Assembly (NCBI GenBank): GCA_965235115.1
Contig: OZ249436.1
Span: 48,796,001-48,860,000 of the forward strand
DNA length: 64,000 nucleotides
Direction: 5' to 3'
DNA from: Laetmonice hystrix
Lineage: Eukaryota
Part shown: one piece after another, positions 61,290 to 64,000 of the stretch
Numbering within the stretch: the first letter of the stretch is position 1
How the letters are laid out: the number at the start of each line of letters is the position of its first letter
Translations under genes and position numbers: made by a program
The notes under the pieces: generated by a model
Told to the model about the DNA's origin: nothing
Databases searched by the model: none
What the model saw: only the letters and a program-made list of their open reading frames with translations

Positions 61290-64000
61290 TTACCCTAACC
61301 CAAGCAAATTGTTTGGATTCCGTAATTAGTCAAACTAAGATAATCTTATTTAGCCGTTGCCAGCTAAATATACACTGCCTCAATATTATTATTATTTTTT
61401 ACTAATTATTAGGCAGTGGTTATTTTCCCGGCGTATGGATGGGTGCAATATGTACGCGACTGCAATAGGCCTACTGGATTCTTATTGAATGATATCTGAC
61501 GGCAGAATAGTGGATTATCTAATTAGTAGGCCTGCTAATTAACAATTTTGAGACTAAACTAACACTAACCCTAGGCCTAACCTTAACTCTAACCCAAACA
61601 TATTGTTTCGTGTCGGTAATAAGTCAAACTAATTTATTTATTCTGCCGTCTGACGGCAGTGACGCACGGCAGAATAACCAGCTGCGTAGGCATTCCCTCT
61701 ACTACTAGTCTAGGCCTGGAACGTCTACTGCTACGTTCCTAATCCAGAGAGTGTAGGAAATTTCCTACACTCTCTGAGTTTGACTGATCCTCCAGACGAA
61801 CCTTCGCTTCGGCTTCACTCCCCTTGACTTCAGCCAGGCTTCACTCAGTCAGTCGACAGGTGTCAGGAGCGAAACCTCAGGAGCCGGAGCCTCTTCCGTT
61901 CGGGTTCAGCCCTCGGCTGCCGTCACAATCACACTGTTTTCGTGTGAGAGTAGGCTTGGACCTGCTGTCTTAGACCTGCACGATCGGCCACGCTGATCTA
62001 GGCTACTTCCTACAATCACTCGTCACTGTCCAGCCAAAGAAAATAACTATTCCGTCACTTGTTTTGTAGCCAGAAGAGAGGTTGACAGGAATGGGTTGAT
62101 AATCTTAAACGCTGTATTATCGCCCGGAAAAGGAAGTAGCAAGGAAGCGTGGATGCGCACAACTGGTTCACTGTACTCCCGCTAGGGCCAGGCCCCCTGG
62201 TGGCGGCGGATGGATTGAGCCGTGTTGGGGGAGCTGAGCCTGAGCCCCTCGGTGAATCCGTCGGGTTGATCAGTCTAGTTCTATGGGTTGATGTAGCAAA
62301 TACACCAGGTAATTGGCCATTGCGTAAAAATTTATAATAAAATAGCCCTACATCCTTACCCCACCCGGAGATCGATAGATAGGCCTAAGTAGGCTAGGGT
62401 CAGGGAGCTAAAATTTAATTGGCTAAGGCCTAAGCACAGAATATGTAGGGTCTGCATGTGGGCTAAGCTCAAAGCCCGCGCGCGGGCCGAGGCACGTGCT
62501 TCGAGGCACGTGGTGGCACGTGGGATTCGTCAAACCAAAGAAACTGAGATCTATGTAGGGGTGCCGGTGTCGCCCCTAAGTGGGTAAGTGGATAGATTAT
62601 GGGAGATTGTTGCCACTCAGTCAAGGGTGATTGTAACTTATTTAGGCCTATGATACTGTCTTTTTTTAATCATTGAAAGAGATATTAAGATTCGAGATAA
62701 GGCATGACAAGTCCGAAATACTGAAATCCTCTAGAGACGTAATTTCTGGAATCCCAGAAGTTTTCGAACTTCTACGGTTTTTTTTTTTTTATTGGATTCC
62801 CGACCACTTGAAAAGGTATAATAACCTGAAGTTTCAGAGGTTTTCGAAATAATTCCGGATGGTTGGCAACACTCTAGGCTTACCGTTTAGGGCTTTTTTA
62901 GTGCGTCCCTTATTAGGCTATACTATGGGGATCTAGGCCTTGCGGTTTTTTTTTTTGTTTTTTTTTTTTTTTTTGGGGGGGGGGGGGAGATGAAATAGGC
63001 TAGGGAGGTGCCTGCATCTTAATTTGAATGAGGTTCTGGACGTTTATTCCCCCCCCCCCCCTGGAATTTTCTCTTTTTTCGTTACTCCATTATGTATTAG
63101 TTCACTTTAATTGTTAAGTGCACTAGGCCAATACAAAGATAATCTGTGGTATTATAGTAAAAGATGCCGCATCTCATCATCTTTCAGCAAAGTAGATGCT
63201 TATCTGCAGTTTCAAAAATAATTACGTGTACTAGGCCTACCAAAAATGGACATTCCTCGCCTCTGCCTTTTACAGGCCTTGAGAAAATAACCAAGGGACG
63301 ACTGCATTAGACATGAGAAAGTTTTATTTGATAACAACAGAACACCAAACTAACAATGTACGTGTACATTATCACCAACATGCCAATGACTTCTGAGGGT
63401 TTTAATTAATGAATGCACCACAAACCCGGTGATTGATGTTCCTTAGTAAAGGATGTTTAAATAGCATGAGAATTATTTTTTTCTACAAATCTCTTTAGCT
63501 TTTTACAGACGATGGGTGAGATTTTCTTGCCATTATATAATACCACCTGTCAAGGAGTCGATCTCTCTACTGTAAGTACTGAATCACCTATACATCAATA
63601 CATTGATGTGGGAATTTCTTCCTTATAATTATAACAGACATGACAATTCACAGATAATAAATATGTACATAGCTCTAGCCTAGTGGAATAGTGCCTTGCC
63701 TTTCACAGACCGTCCTCACCCATCCCACCCTCTCCGACACTGCCTAAGAAACCTTATACCATTACCACGGCAAAAGGCCTACCAGATTTTGCTGCCTCGC
63801 GCTAATTTTGAGCTTGACAAGCTGGAATTAGTGCATTCATGTAAAGATACAAATGTGGCAGATATCAATATATTTTCTTGGCAAGAAATGTCCATGGTAC
63901 TAATATTATTCATGACATACCAGGGTAATTGTTTAAGGATCCCAGTTTCAAGGAACTTCCACTGTTAAAATGTTTTGATCACAGATACAGTACGTACGTT

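Larger units (their letters stand above)
60362..61380. mobile_element. Mutator-like MITE hosting two nested MITEs
   Basis: TIR AGGCAGTGTATATTTA / TAAATATACACTGCCT; flanks CAATATAATT / CAATATTATT. A partial relative lies inverted at about 50946-51030. Confidence 0.65.

Noticed and set aside
63240..64000. Additional gene at the window end
   Set aside because: A minus-strand AATAAA near 63325 hints at a 3' UTR from outside the window, but no recognisable coding exon could be supported.

Overview
Eukaryotic, intron-rich genomic DNA from an animal, probably a marine invertebrate; the species cannot be determined here. Six intact spliced genes can be reconstructed with GT-AG junctions and consistent phase: GH31 lysosomal alpha-glucosidase (GAA, +, 9539-20396), AIMP2 (-, 22947-30141), BPTF/NURF301 (+, 30897-48004), PIGX (-, 49385-51822), CHMP6 (+, 52251-55266) and ATG12 (-, 58124-59925). 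AIMP2/BPTF and PIGX/CHMP6 are head-to-head pairs. Intergenic DNA and introns hold many non-autonomous DNA transposons with readable TIRs and TSDs, including a multi-level nest upstream of GAA. The most unusual signals are: an 8 x 44-bp perfect tandem array that copies a BPTF exon end together with its 5' splice site; a GAA N-terminus resembling a type II membrane anchor with a cytosolic dileucine motif; and strong clustering of the palindrome TAGGCCTA outside gene bodies. No CRISPR, rRNA or intact tRNA was found. All calls were made by eye without database searches, and transposon superfamily labels rest only on termini and TSD length.
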